Source: a bacterium | GTDB taxonomy: Bacteria; Patescibacteriota; Minisyncoccia; Phycocordibacterales; CAIZLB01 | Length of the DNA: 64,000 nt | NCBI GenBank assembly: GCA_037127815.1 | Contig: JBAXXP010000001.1 | Coordinates: 16,936 to 80,935 of the forward strand | Reading direction: 5' to 3' | Shown here: positions 1 to 10,127 of the stretch, one piece after another | How positions within the stretch are numbered: the first letter of the stretch is position 1 | Layout of the letters: the number at the start of each line of letters is the position of its first letter | Made by a program: the position numbers and the translations under genes | Notes under the pieces: model-generated | The model's database searches: none | What the model was told of the DNA's origin: nothing | What the model saw: only the letters and a program-made list of their open reading frames with translations

Positions 1-125
1 AAATTGTTGAACTGGAGCAACAGTTGGCACTTGGGATTCTGGATTACTACCAATGAACCACCAAATACCTCCGACTAGAATAAGTATTATAATCATCCAT
101 GAAGTTGTCTTTGCTGTATCAGTCA
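1..125 (-). CDS. Partial small membrane protein. The N-terminus (MTDTAKTTSWMIIILILVGGIWWFIGSNPES...) is present and the 3' end lies beyond the window edge
   Basis: Minus-strand ATG at 123-125 opens an ORF that runs off position 1. It encodes a hydrophobic helix. Not in the ORF track because it is incomplete. Confidence 0.3.
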
Positions 126-336
126 TATTTATATATTTAATATTAGAATTAATATCGGGCGCACGGTGCACAGCCACGATGAATATGGAAACCATGTAGC
201 GTTATACCGAACATGCCCCACCTAACTATTATACACCCCTGTCATCAAAAGGTGAATATCTCAAAGATTTCATAAATTCAAGGTCTCAAAAAAGGATTTC
301 GGGCAAACTCTCCAAACACATATCAATAATCACTAC

Positions 337-1500
337 TTAATGACTCTTTGCAGACTTCATAACAGCTTTTGCAACAACCTTCGCTACCCTTCTGTCAAAA
401 GGACTTGGTATTATATAGTCCTTTTTAAGCTCTGTTTTTTTAACGAGTGATGCGATTGCGTGAGCCGCAGCTAGTTTCATCTCATCTGTAATTTGTTTAG
501 CTCCAGAATCAAGGGCTCCACGGAAAATTCCAGGAAAAACCAAAACATTATTTATCTGATTTGGATAGTCTGAACGACCTGTTCCAAAGACAGCAATCTT
601 TGTTTGCTTCGCATCCTCATAAGATATCTCAGGATTTGGATTGGCCATTGCAAAAACAATTGGATTCTCTGCCATTTCACTCACCCATTCTTTTTTTAGA
701 GCTCCAGCAACCGATACACCAATAAACACATCGGCATCTTTAATTACAATATCAAGAAGCCCTTCTACCTTCTTCTTGTTTGTAATTTTTGCCATTTCAA
801 TTTTTGATGCATTTAATCCTTCTCTCCCTTCATAAATTGCACCCCTACTATCTACAATAATCATCTTCCCCGCTGTTATTCCAGCCTTGATAAGTAGTTT
901 TGAAACTGCTGTTGCTGCAGCTCCAGCTCCATTTACTACAACTTTAATATTTTTTATATCCTTCTTAATAATCTTTAGCGCATTTATTAATGCAGCAAGC
1001 ACAACAATTGCTGTACCATGCTGATCATCGTGAAAGACAGGAATATTCAATTCTTTCTTTAGACGCTCTTCAATATAAAAACAATTTGGCGCAGATATGT
1101 CTTCAAGATTAATTCCCCCAAATGTTGGTGCTAATAATTTTACGGCTTCAATAACTTTTTCTGGATCTTGTGTATCAAGACAAATTGGGAAAGCGTCTAC
1201 ATTTGCAAATTCCTTAAATAAAATAGACTTTCCTTCCATAACAGGCATCGCAGCATAGGGACCAATATTTCCTAGACCAAGAACCGCTGAACCATCCGTT
1301 ATAACCGCCACTGTATTGCCTCGCATTGTGTATGAATTAACCTGCTTTTGATCCTTATGAATTAAACGGCACACTTCCGCCACCCCCGGGGTATAAGCCA
1401 AAGATAAATCAATTTTTGTTTTAAGTGGAACTTTGGATTTTAATTCCATTTTTCCTTTATATTTCTTGTGAAGTGCTAATGATTTTTTATTGTAGTCCAT
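337..1500 (-). CDS. NAD(P)-dependent malic enzyme, small-type
   Basis: 387 aa. Malic-enzyme motifs are present: LAYTPGVAEVC, GLGNIGP, and the Rossmann segment VVVNGAGAAATAV. The length matches the short bacterial/archaeal malic enzymes. Confidence 0.85.
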   Translation of the reverse strand: MDYNKKSLALHKKYKGKMELKSKVPLKTKIDLSLAYTPGVAEVCRLIHKDQKQVNSYTMRGNTVAVITDGSAVLGLGNIGPYAAMPVMEGKSILFKEFANVDAFPICLDTQDPEKVIEAVKLLAPTFGGINLEDISAPNCFYIEERLKKELNIPVFHDDQHGTAIVVLAALINALKIIKKDIKNIKVVVNGAGAAATAVSKLLIKAGITAGKMIIVDSRGAIYEGREGLNASKIEMAKITNKKKVEGLLDIVIKDADVFIGVSVAGALKKEWVSEMAENPIVFAMANPNPEISYEDAKQTKIAVFGTGRSDYPNQINNVLVFPGIFRGALDSGAKQITDEMKLAAAHAIASLVKKTELKKDYIIPSPFDRRVAKVVAKAVMKSAKSH

Positions 1501-1626
1501 ACAGCAATTATATCACATTCAATTTAGCGACAAACATCAGAGTACACTACCTATAAAAAACAACCCCGACAGCAATTACGCCGTCAGGGTTGGGGTTATT
1601 AAACTAAAACATCGATCCGATACCAA

Positions 1627-2712
1627 TCAGAACATCATCTTGCCATGAGGCCAATCCTGCAATTTCCAATTCAGAGTTGTTCCTCCCTTGAAGATTTGAA
1701 CCGGGCCTAATTTCATGGGGACTTCCCACGACTCACGCTTAATTGTCATAAACTCGGTAGATACCTCCATGTCATACAGATCAATGAAGTTCTCTGACAT
1801 GAATGGACCCAGATGTTTCAAGGCATTATCTTCATCGAAGATTGTTGTATATAATTCAACAGCATTTGGTGCAGTGAAGATACCAGCTGCACATCCGTAA
1901 CAATGAGACTTCGCAGCTTCATCATGAGGAGCAGAATCAGTTCCCGCTCCAAAACGAGGGTTTCCAGAAGTGACATGCTTCCGAACACGCATACGATGCT
2001 CTTCACGCTTAGGCACAGGTTTGCAATAGTTCCCTGGATTCATTCCACCCAAGAACATTGCATTCCTGTTGATCATCATGCCTTGAGGAGTAGCTGTTGC
2101 ATAAATTGGATGGTCAACCTCCGCTACAAAGTCTGCAGAACGTCCATCGGTAATGTGTTCAAACACAACCTTGAGCCCTGGGAAGACTTTTATCAACGGA
2201 ACCAAATCACGCTCAATGGAAACAATCTCGCGATCGAATTCATCAACCTCTCGCTCAGCCGCTTCAAAGTGACCAAGAAGTGGAATACCATGTTTCTCCA
2301 TCATTTCAAAGACAGGGTATCTTCCAAGAAGATTTCTGACTCCATGTTGGGATCCCGTTGTTCCCCCTTCTCCATTCTTGTCAGCCATATACAATTTGAC
2401 AGCAGTAAGATATCCAGTGTCAATCCACTTCTTGATTTCAGAGGCTGGAGTTGTGTCGGTGAGATACAACGCCAAACGCGGTTCAAAGTCACTCCACCAA
2501 GGAAGGGTTTCTTTGATTCGGCGATAATAAGCTTCAACCTTTTCCGGCGTATCAATCTGATCAGGATATTTCAGGTTAGGCATAATCAGCGCACCACTTG
2601 CCTGTTGGCAAACAGTAGCTGGCAATACCAGACTCATCACTTCTCCATCTCTCACATGTAAATGGCGATCAAACCATCTTTTAATCAAGATTTTATTTTG
2701 TTTTTCTTTCAC
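1627..2712 (-). CDS. pyrC: Dihydroorotase, class II (PyrC-type)
   Basis: 361 aa. HLHVRDG matches the E. coli PyrC metal-binding motif HLHLRDG. AVKLY, FEHIT and GTDSAPH align along the length of E. coli PyrC. The stop codon is TGA. Confidence 0.85.
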   Translation of the reverse strand: MKEKQNKILIKRWFDRHLHVRDGEVMSLVLPATVCQQASGALIMPNLKYPDQIDTPEKVEAYYRRIKETLPWWSDFEPRLALYLTDTTPASEIKKWIDTGYLTAVKLYMADKNGEGGTTGSQHGVRNLLGRYPVFEMMEKHGIPLLGHFEAAEREVDEFDREIVSIERDLVPLIKVFPGLKVVFEHITDGRSADFVAEVDHPIYATATPQGMMINRNAMFLGGMNPGNYCKPVPKREEHRMRVRKHVTSGNPRFGAGTDSAPHDEAAKSHCYGCAAGIFTAPNAVELYTTIFDEDNALKHLGPFMSENFIDLYDMEVSTEFMTIKRESWEVPMKLGPVQIFKGGTTLNWKLQDWPHGKMMF

Positions 2713-2805
2713 GACTCAATTTCTTTCTATGTTTGTTTTGTTTTCTGCGTTTTGCGGTCAGACACACGATTCAGGTCTTCGACCAGAATCGCCTGACCCC
2801 AAAGA

Positions 2806-3747
2806 TTATTCCAACAAATGTGTTGGCTGATCCTGATGATTCAATTCCTCCACAATCGCTGTCGGCCTCCATGGAGTCCTTAAGTGAATTGCACCGAAGC
2901 TAATTGCAGCGGCTTTGAGAATTAAATTTGCATGTACAACGTCTTGATAGTTCATCACGCTCGGCACAATTACCGGAAGTGATCCTTGTCTGTAGAGCTG
3001 TTCAGCAGCCCTCCAATTAAGTTTTTGTGCTGGCTTCCCAGACACACCACCACCACCTCCACCAACTTTTTTCTCCAATCTCCAAAGAGGTGTTTCCTCA
3101 CCGTCAGGAAAGGCGGTTTTCCAAGGTATACTATTCAGAGCGATTGCTTCCGCAATGCCCTCCAGATCACTGGCGATAGTCAAATAGTCTTGGTCAACTG
3201 AAACCTTCACGATAACAGGGTGCCCAGACACTTCCTTCACAGCCTTAACAGCATCAACGACACTGCCAGCGTCTTGCAAAGCATCTCCAGAATTTGGACA
3301 TGAATAATTCACCTTGATTGCAACAAATGGATATCGGTTGAGCATCTTTGTCATTTCGACAAGCTCTTCCTTTGTTCCAAAAATTGAGGCAATTAGAGGA
3401 AATTTTACAAAATCATGAAATGGTGCAATTTCTTTACACCACCAATCAATTCCCTTGTTAGTCAATCCAATCTTGTTGACAGAGCCTCCACGAATCAAAC
3501 GCATGCAAGTCCAAGGATTCCACCAACGCAGATTTCCCGGACGAGGATGACGAGTCAGAGTTTTGATAACCACGGTAAAAAGCTCGGGTTTAATAATCCC
3601 AAGCCAAACCAATGGCCATTCCCAAAACCATCCTTTCCCATCAAAAGCGAGAGCCCCGCTTGCAACAACATATTTCAACTCATGTCCATTCGATAGTTTA
3701 ATCATCTTATGTATTCCTCCAGTTTGTAGTTTTTGTTCAATTGTCAA
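2806..3747 (-). CDS. pyrD: Dihydroorotate dehydrogenase
   Basis: 313 aa. ASGALAFDGKG, IKVNYSCPN (the DHODH active-site loop) and a GGGGGVSGKP flavin-binding segment. It sits directly next to pyrC. Confidence 0.8.
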   Translation of the reverse strand: MTIEQKLQTGGIHKMIKLSNGHELKYVVASGALAFDGKGWFWEWPLVWLGIIKPELFTVVIKTLTRHPRPGNLRWWNPWTCMRLIRGGSVNKIGLTNKGIDWWCKEIAPFHDFVKFPLIASIFGTKEELVEMTKMLNRYPFVAIKVNYSCPNSGDALQDAGSVVDAVKAVKEVSGHPVIVKVSVDQDYLTIASDLEGIAEAIALNSIPWKTAFPDGEETPLWRLEKKVGGGGGGVSGKPAQKLNWRAAEQLYRQGSLPVIVPSVMNYQDVVHANLILKAAAISFGAIHLRTPWRPTAIVEELNHQDQPTHLLE

Positions 3748-3840
3748 TTGTAAGGCCGTAGGACCGTTACAGGACGATGTCGATTTAATCGACTATACGG
3801 CAATCCTAGACTAAATAAGGCTTAAAAGCAAACCAAAATA

Positions 3841-5055
3841 CTATAAATTATTCTTCCTAATTCTATTCCCTGCAACAAACAAAAGTGTCAAAAAAACTAA
3901 AGCTGAAAATCCTATTCCCGCCCAAGCTATCCAGGGATATTGTTCAGTGAATCTACTTTCACTAGTGTCGCAAGCATCTCCAATTTTATCGCCATCAGTA
4001 TCTCTTTGATCATAATTTGGAACATCCCTACAATTATCTATGGAGTTAATTATTCCGTCTCTGTCATAATCATCACAAACATCCCCTCTTCCATTTTGAT
4101 CAATATCAAGCTGATCTCCATTGGCAACGTTTATACAATTATCTATTACATTAGGAACACCATCTCCGTCAGTATCACTTAGGACAAAAACTGGGTTCTC
4201 CAAAACAGCAGGCATTGAGATTTTCCTTACACCAAGAGACGATGAATAATTGGAGGCCTCTTCATAATTTGCATATATCTTAGGTGCAACTTCAGGATTT
4301 ACATAAATTACATACTCTTTTTTGGGAAGCGCTAAAAAACTTAAGGACTCTCCAGCATATGCATTTAATGTATCATTTAAATGAATCTCTGAAATTCTAA
4401 TAGGTTGAGCGTATTGTAGTTCTAAAATCCATTTGTTTGACAATGTTATTGGAAAGTTAATTTCATTTGAGGTTGGTTTGTAATTGTTTAGCAAGACAAT
4501 TTCTTTGCCATTTACGTATGCCTTCAATGTAACCAATGTAGGTAGTGAGACATACGAATCAAAAGATAAATTTAAAGAGTCAGACTTAATTGCTTTTGAA
4601 TAATTAATTGAAATTGCAGAAATACTTTTACTCTCTTCCTTATTAAGGTAGAAATCCTTCATCGTTTGATAATTATTATCAAACAAATCGTTTAGATTTT
4701 CATTAGTAGAAATATCTATTGCATTTACATTATTAACATTTATTTGATTATCTCTCGTGACCAAACTTGAAATAAATTTACCATCAGTTTTATTGTATAC
4801 ACCAAAAGAGTCACTACTGATTTGATTGATGTCTATGGGAATCTGTAAGAGTGTCGGAACTAATATATTTTGGGCAGGAACTTTCATATAGTTCTTATAC
4901 GCTTTAAATATCACCTCGTTTGTTGATGTGGCGACACTTGTCACAGGTTGCCAATCTTTTACAATCGCATATGCAGGCTTAAAACTTAAAATTAGGACGA
5001 ATGCTATTGCAAGACATGCTGTAACCGATGATTTTATAATTAGTTTTTTATTCAT
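3841..5055 (-). CDS. Secreted/cell-surface protein with C-terminal thrombospondin type-3 (TSP3) Ca-binding repeats and a C-terminal transmembrane anchor
   Basis: N-terminal signal peptide [30 protein letters not shown]. The C-terminal region [70 protein letters not shown] fits the DxDxDGxxDxxDNC TSP3 consensus. A terminal hydrophobic helix follows, ending in a basic tail. Confidence 0.6.
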   Translation of the reverse strand: MNKKLIIKSSVTACLAIAFVLILSFKPAYAIVKDWQPVTSVATSTNEVIFKAYKNYMKVPAQNILVPTLLQIPIDINQISSDSFGVYNKTDGKFISSLVTRDNQINVNNVNAIDISTNENLNDLFDNNYQTMKDFYLNKEESKSISAISINYSKAIKSDSLNLSFDSYVSLPTLVTLKAYVNGKEIVLLNNYKPTSNEINFPITLSNKWILELQYAQPIRISEIHLNDTLNAYAGESLSFLALPKKEYVIYVNPEVAPKIYANYEEASNYSSSLGVRKISMPAVLENPVFVLSDTDGDGVPNVIDNCINVANGDQLDIDQNGRGDVCDDYDRDGIINSIDNCRDVPNYDQRDTDGDKIGDACDTSESRFTEQYPWIAWAGIGFSALVFLTLLFVAGNRIRKNNL

Positions 5056-5091
5056 GTTTATTATTGTTTTTATTTTTACTGTGGACGTATC

Positions 5092-7020
5092 TTATTGTTG
5101 TTTTTTTGAAATAAAAGCTGTACTGATAAACATAACTCCCAAAATAATGAATGTAACAACACGTAATGCCAACTCCATTTGCCATACATCAACGAGTACT
5201 AATCTAAGTACAACCAAGACAAGAAGAACTCCTCCATACTTTTTTAGAATATCACTCCTGTTAAATAACCCAATAAAATACGTTCCTAATCCAATAACTG
5301 TATACATAAATAAGCTAACAAAGACCGCTGTATCTTGATTGAATATTACAGCGTGTGATGATAGCCAAATTATTACATAAAGATAAACTGTTGAGAATAT
5401 TAGTGATAAATGATAGAAATCAAATTCAGGCGCCATTGAGTCTTTTTCTTTATTTAACCTATAGAACATTCCAAGAGTAGCTAGAATTACTCCTATCAGA
5501 AATAGAACAAAGAAGTCAACATGGAACATTCCCATTCCCCTTTCATATTCCCAATTAGAAGAGAAAACACTCTCCAAGGACATCGCCATTGGTATAACCA
5601 TTAAAGCACCAAAGGCCTTTGATATTTTAATATTATTTGTTACCAAGAATGATGCGATAGAAACAATTGCCGCTTCAATAGCAAAAGCAATAATTAATGA
5701 TTTACCACTTAATTCTACAGATGTGGCTATCGCTAAAAACAAAACGGCAACTAGAGAATGTATATAGAATAGCTTTTCGTTTCTTGTAGCTTGAAATACA
5801 ATAAATCCTGAAACTCCGTATATCAACATCCACATAGATAACACAAGAGATTGATAAATCATAGGAACAAGACCTAGTGTAAGACCTAGAATAATTATTG
5901 TACTGACCACAGTTAGGAGTACATCATTTGAAGTAGCGCCAAACTCTACACTCTCTTCACTATTAACACCTCTATTTTTGGCCAATGCAACACTTCCATT
6001 TTCTGCGATTAGTGTATTGTCCTTTTTAATCAAACTCCAAGAACTAACAACAAGGTATAATAGTGATATTACGTATGCAAGTATAAGTGTTGTATATTTT
6101 GCAGAATCAGAGGCAAAGCTGTTTTGAGCATTCATCATTATAGGAAAACTGTAAAGTAGTATTCCAACTATTCCTATTGGATTACCAAATCTCCATCCCT
6201 TAACAATAGAAACCCAGATTGTAGAAATCGAAATAACAAGTAAATACAGGTAGATAGACACATAATCTAGATTCATTGATACATGAGATAGAACAGGAGC
6301 AAGAAGCGCTAATATTAGACCGTAAATTGCCAACTTTTCTACAGAGTATGCAAGGGCTGTAAGGCTTACATAGAACGAAACCAAGAATATTATTCCTAGC
6401 ACTATCATTGGAGAGAAAAATTGATAGAAATATTGTCCAGATAGAACAGAAATAATAACAAGAGCAGCACCTAATGCTGTAAACAAAACTCCCTGTGTTT
6501 CATCCTTACCAAGTCTAATTGTTCCAAAAATTGATATAAACGATCCTGCAACAATACCAATTGCAATTCTACCTACGGGACCAATCCAATCATGCATAAA
6601 TGCATAACTCACAAACCAACCAAAGCCAATTAGAATCATCAGTACTCCAAGTTTTAATAACCAGTTCTCTTGAATCCACGCAAGTACAGGATCAGGAGTA
6701 CTTGTTTCAGGCTGATTTACTCTGGCGGGTTGACGATAAATAGGCTGACCCATTTCCGTCACCCCAACATACGTATGCGTTTCAGGATTATTAGCCCCAT
6801 TTCTTTGTTCTGCATAATTTACGTCTGTTCGTTGAGAATCAGAAATTGAAACCTTAGATGAAGACTGCGAGACTCCTCCTTCTATTTCAGCAAGTTTCTG
6901 CTTAATCTTATAAACCTCTGACTTTAAATTCCGCACAGAACTACTTAAATCTGATGTCCTCGCGAGGAATATAATCCCTAAAATAATAAGTAAAAAATAA
7001 ATCATAAATATGATGAACAA
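5092..7020 (-). CDS. Polytopic membrane protein (>=14 predicted transmembrane helices) with an N-terminal coiled-coil/S-rich segment. Possibly DUF2339-like
   Basis: 642 aa, overwhelmingly hydrophobic helices after an N-terminal amphipathic region (LSSSVRNLKSEVYKIKQKLAEIEG). No catalytic motif recognised. Confidence 0.45.
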   Translation of the reverse strand: MFIIFMIYFLLIILGIIFLARTSDLSSSVRNLKSEVYKIKQKLAEIEGGVSQSSSKVSISDSQRTDVNYAEQRNGANNPETHTYVGVTEMGQPIYRQPARVNQPETSTPDPVLAWIQENWLLKLGVLMILIGFGWFVSYAFMHDWIGPVGRIAIGIVAGSFISIFGTIRLGKDETQGVLFTALGAALVIISVLSGQYFYQFFSPMIVLGIIFLVSFYVSLTALAYSVEKLAIYGLILALLAPVLSHVSMNLDYVSIYLYLLVISISTIWVSIVKGWRFGNPIGIVGILLYSFPIMMNAQNSFASDSAKYTTLILAYVISLLYLVVSSWSLIKKDNTLIAENGSVALAKNRGVNSEESVEFGATSNDVLLTVVSTIIILGLTLGLVPMIYQSLVLSMWMLIYGVSGFIVFQATRNEKLFYIHSLVAVLFLAIATSVELSGKSLIIAFAIEAAIVSIASFLVTNNIKISKAFGALMVIPMAMSLESVFSSNWEYERGMGMFHVDFFVLFLIGVILATLGMFYRLNKEKDSMAPEFDFYHLSLIFSTVYLYVIIWLSSHAVIFNQDTAVFVSLFMYTVIGLGTYFIGLFNRSDILKKYGGVLLVLVVLRLVLVDVWQMELALRVVTFIILGVMFISTAFISKKQQ

Positions 7021-7080
7021 TAAATAATTGGTAAATAATAAAACCTTCTTGTTTATAATTATACAACATTAAGCAAAACA

Positions 7081-7118
7081 AAACACCTCGCGTTTAAGCG
7101 AGGTGTTTTGTTTTTTTT
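7081..7118. terminator. Rho-independent terminator hairpin (CACCTCGC-gtttaa-GCGAGGTG), flanked by an A-run and a T-run, so bidirectional
   Basis: Perfect 8-bp GC-rich stem followed by TTTTGTTTTTTTT on the plus strand and by T-rich sequence on the minus strand. It lies 15 nt downstream of the helicase stop on the minus strand. Confidence 0.5.
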
Positions 7119-7132
7119 GAAATCAGTATTAC

Positions 7133-8740
7133 TTAGTCAATGAAAGTAAGAGCCTTACCTTTCTTATCACTTCTACCTGTTCTACCAATACGGTGAACAT
7201 AGTCATCATGAGTTTCAGGTAATTCATAGTTAATAACGTGAGATACGTTAGGTATATCAAGTCCACGTGCAGCAACGTCAGTTGCAACAAGCATTTGAAC
7301 TTCACCATCCTTGAAAGACTTTAGAGCACGTTGACGTTGAGTATGAACCTTGTCTCCGTGAATAGATGCTGCTTTGAAACCACGTTCTGCAAGCATTGTT
7401 GTTAGCTTCTCTACACCATGCTTTGTTCTTCCAAAAATAATAACCTTTTGAAATTCTGGATTGATCAATAGATCATGAAGAATATCAATTTTTGTTCCTC
7501 CCTTAACATAGACAACATCTTGATCAACGTTCTTTGCGGTATCTCTAGTTTTAACAGAAATACGAATTGGGTTTTTCAAGAAGTCATTAATGATTCTTTC
7601 AATATCAGGAGACAATGTAGCTGAGAAGAAAAGAGTTTGTCTTTCCTTTGGCATAAGACTCATAACGTATTTCATATCGTTAATGAATCCCATATCAAGC
7701 ATACGGTCAGCCTCATCAAGAACTAAGTTCTTGAAGTTTGAAAGATTTAATTTCTTTCGCTCGATAAGGTCCTTCAGACGTCCTGGAGTTCCAATTATAA
7801 AGTTGTTGAAATATCTTAGTTCAGAAATTTGTCTTCCGATTGGCGCTCCACCAACACAACAAACTGAATAGATTTTTAATCCTTTAATAAAAGATTGTAA
7901 TTCTTGATCAATTTGAATAGCTAGTTCACGAGTTGGGGCCATTATAATAGCCTGCTCATCAGGATTTATAAGAACCTTGTTTATAAGTGGTAAAAGAAAA
8001 GCTGCTGTTTTACCAGTACCTGTATTTGCAATACCTACCAAGTCTTCCCCATTAAGAATATGGGGAATTGTTTTATCTTGAATTGGTGAAGGTGTTATGT
8101 AACCTTTTGCGATTACACTTTTCTTTAGAGTTTCTTCGATTTTAAAATCGCTGAAAGTATTCTCTGGTACGTAAACCTCTACCTTGTCATCAGTTGTAGC
8201 TTTGTTGATGAATCTTGAAACATCAAGACGTGCACCACCTCTTGCTCCACCGCGACCACGGTTACCACCAAAGTTTCCTCTGCCACCGAATCTACTTGCT
8301 CCACCTCCAAATCCACCGCGTGAACCACCGTTTCCTCCGGCGTATCCACCACGACTTCCTGATGAAGCTCCGTATGAAGAACCTCCACCAAAAGATGAAC
8401 CGTCACGTGAACTTGCACGTGAGCTGTATGAAGAACCACCAGATGAACGTCCACCAGCAGATGATCCGCTGTATGAAGAACCACCATGACTTGCGCCAGA
8501 TGTTCCTCTTGATGATCCACCATAAGATGAACCACCACGTGATGCACCGTATGAAGAACCTCCAGATCTTGGGGCGCTTGATGAAGTGCTTTTATTTAAT
8601 GAACCACCGTATACACCAGTAAAAGCAGCGTTACTAGCTGATCTTGGAGCACTAGAACTACGAGGCGCTGATTTACGAGCTCCTCCTGTTGTACCACGAG
8701 TAATATTGTTTCTATTGCTAGAAGTTGTTTTATTATACAT
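7133..8740 (-). CDS. DEAD-box ATP-dependent RNA helicase with a ~185-aa N-terminal Gly/Ser/Tyr/Arg-rich low-complexity extension
   Basis: The helicase core carries the Q-motif (TPSPIQ), motif I ANTGTGKT, motif II DEAD (VLDEADRM), SAT and HRIGRTGR. The N-terminus is (GGSSYG / RGG / SSAPRS)n repeats with no internal Met. Confidence 0.85.
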   Translation of the reverse strand: MYNKTTSSNRNNITRGTTGGARKSAPRSSSAPRSASNAAFTGVYGGSLNKSTSSSAPRSGGSSYGASRGGSSYGGSSRGTSGASHGGSSYSGSSAGGRSSGGSSYSSRASSRDGSSFGGGSSYGASSGSRGGYAGGNGGSRGGFGGGASRFGGRGNFGGNRGRGGARGGARLDVSRFINKATTDDKVEVYVPENTFSDFKIEETLKKSVIAKGYITPSPIQDKTIPHILNGEDLVGIANTGTGKTAAFLLPLINKVLINPDEQAIIMAPTRELAIQIDQELQSFIKGLKIYSVCCVGGAPIGRQISELRYFNNFIIGTPGRLKDLIERKKLNLSNFKNLVLDEADRMLDMGFINDMKYVMSLMPKERQTLFFSATLSPDIERIINDFLKNPIRISVKTRDTAKNVDQDVVYVKGGTKIDILHDLLINPEFQKVIIFGRTKHGVEKLTTMLAERGFKAASIHGDKVHTQRQRALKSFKDGEVQMLVATDVAARGLDIPNVSHVINYELPETHDDYVHRIGRTGRSDKKGKALTFID

Positions 8741-8972
8741 ATTATTTAAGACTCTTTCTAAAAAGAAAGAGGTTTGATTTCCATTTATTTATGGAAAACT
8801 GAATTAGTCTTTAGAGATATACGTAAGGCGACTAGAAATCTCTAAAGTTTCGAAAAGTATATAGTTTGTGTGAAATATCCACGCAAAACCCATGAGAGAT
8901 TAACTTACCCCTGTAGTATGTACTATTTTGATGCTTTTGTCAAATGAGCGATTGGGTGCTTATTGAGCAACC

Positions 8973-8999
8973 AAAAAACCCCGAGATTCGGGGTTTTTT
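8973..8999. terminator. Rho-independent terminator hairpin (CCCCGAG-att-CGGGG) between an A-run and a T-run
   Basis: AAAAAACCCCGAGATTCGGGGTTTTTTGG. Bidirectional by symmetry. It lies downstream of the minus-strand ORF 9024-9221 and the HAD gene. Confidence 0.45.
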
Positions 9000-9023
9000 G
9001 GTGTATTGAGATTAACTCTTTAC

Positions 9024-9221
9024 TTATGCGACTACTTCTTCTGCTGCTGGAGCAACTTCTTCAACTGGGGCTACTTCCTCTGCTGCAACTGTAGCAACTT
9101 CCTCTGTAGGAGCTTCTACTGTAGCATCAGCTGCAACCTCTGCAGAGGCCTCAACTGTAACCTCCGCTGCAACTACTGCATCATCAGCTACACCTGTAAC
9201 AATTGTTTGTTCATCTGTCAT
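9024..9221 (-). CDS. Possible small, highly acidic Ala/Glu/Val-rich protein (65 aa)
   Basis: The ORF sits between the HAD gene and a terminator on the same strand. The protein is pure low complexity (AAEEVAPVEEVAP repeats), so it could be a non-coding artifact. Confidence 0.25.
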   Translation of the reverse strand: MTDEQTIVTGVADDAVVAAEVTVEASAEVAADATVEAPTEEVATVAAEEVAPVEEVAPAAEEVVA

Positions 9222-9289
9222 ATAATTATTATAAGATTAGATATTATTAAAAACGACCAAGGGAGTATACTACACATGTTCTGTATGTA

Positions 9290-10126
9290 CTAATTTATTA
9301 GTTTTTCTATAATTTTTTTTGTCTCCTCCGGTCCACTTACCTGAATACAATCAACACCCGTCATTTTTGCAGCATAGTCATTTCCTCCGGGAAATATTTT
9401 ATCACCAACAAAAACCATCTTGATGATTGGAATCTTCAAGAATTCTTCAAGTTTATGAATTCCATATGCTTTATTCACCCCTTTCATGGTTATATCAATT
9501 GATGTAGATCCACCCATTGATACATCAAAATTTGGAAGTCTCTCCTTAAGAATATCAACTGCAACCTTACGTTTTGCTCCATTTGGATCCCAAGCATTCT
9601 TAAGCTCAAGCGGGGCTTCTTGTCCAAGCGCCGAAAATGTTATTTGTGATTCCCTATCCTCAATAATTTGCCCATATGTTTTTTCTGGAGTTTCTATACC
9701 AGCTTCAAGTAATGCCTCCTTAAGCGTTTTCAAAATAGTTTTTTTGTCATCCTCAGATAAATTTTCTGAATACTCTTCATACCAGACTCCAACTGCACCC
9801 ACTTTTTTTCCGCCAGAATTTTCCCTTTCCCCTTCACGTTCACCAATCATCTTCCAAGAATAAAGTCTGGTACCTGAAGTAGGTAATAAAAATAAATTTT
9901 GAAAGTACTTTGCAGAAAGTTCATCTTTAGGCAAATTTCCTAAAAATTGTTTCTCAAATTGAGCATATTTTCCACCAGAAATAACAGCGACCTTTCTTCC
10001 TTCTAGGAGTTTAATAATTAGGCCTGCCATCTCACTATCCAGTGCAGACTTGCTGGCAGCAAGGGTTCCGTCTAAATCGAAAATGATTAACTCTTTCTCC
10101 AGACTACCTTTATGTTCTAAGCTCAT
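9290..10126 (-). CDS. HAD-superfamily subfamily IIB hydrolase, phosphomannomutase-like
   Basis: 278 aa. Motif I FDLDGTL with the Asp nucleophile, a cap region, and motif IV VGDKIFPGGNDY. The architecture matches HAD-IIB (eukaryotic-type PMM / sugar-phosphate phosphatase). Confidence 0.65.
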   Translation of the reverse strand: MSLEHKGSLEKELIIFDLDGTLAASKSALDSEMAGLIIKLLEGRKVAVISGGKYAQFEKQFLGNLPKDELSAKYFQNLFLLPTSGTRLYSWKMIGEREGERENSGGKKVGAVGVWYEEYSENLSEDDKKTILKTLKEALLEAGIETPEKTYGQIIEDRESQITFSALGQEAPLELKNAWDPNGAKRKVAVDILKERLPNFDVSMGGSTSIDITMKGVNKAYGIHKLEEFLKIPIIKMVFVGDKIFPGGNDYAAKMTGVDCIQVSGPEETKKIIEKLIN

Positions 10127-10127
10127 A

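Noticed and set aside
1903-2661. 252-aa plus-strand ORF antisense to pyrC, and similar antisense ORFs (for example 9486-9863, 36643-36993, 59877-60443)
   Set aside because: They lie completely inside well-supported minus-strand genes with strong homology. They have no motifs and a Ser/Arg/Cys-rich antisense-type composition.
8179-8622. Three overlapping ORFs (His/Val-rich minus-strand 8179-8547; Pro-rich plus-strand 8184-8489; His-rich plus-strand 8215-8622)
   Set aside because: All three lie inside the GGN/AGY-repeat region that encodes the helicase low-complexity N-terminus. Alternative frames of a triplet repeat give long stop-free runs by chance.
9006-9293. Cys-rich 95-aa plus-strand ORF
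   Set aside because: It is the antisense of the Ala/Glu/Val-repeat ORF (9024-9221) and is a composition artifact. Even the sense ORF is only weakly supported.
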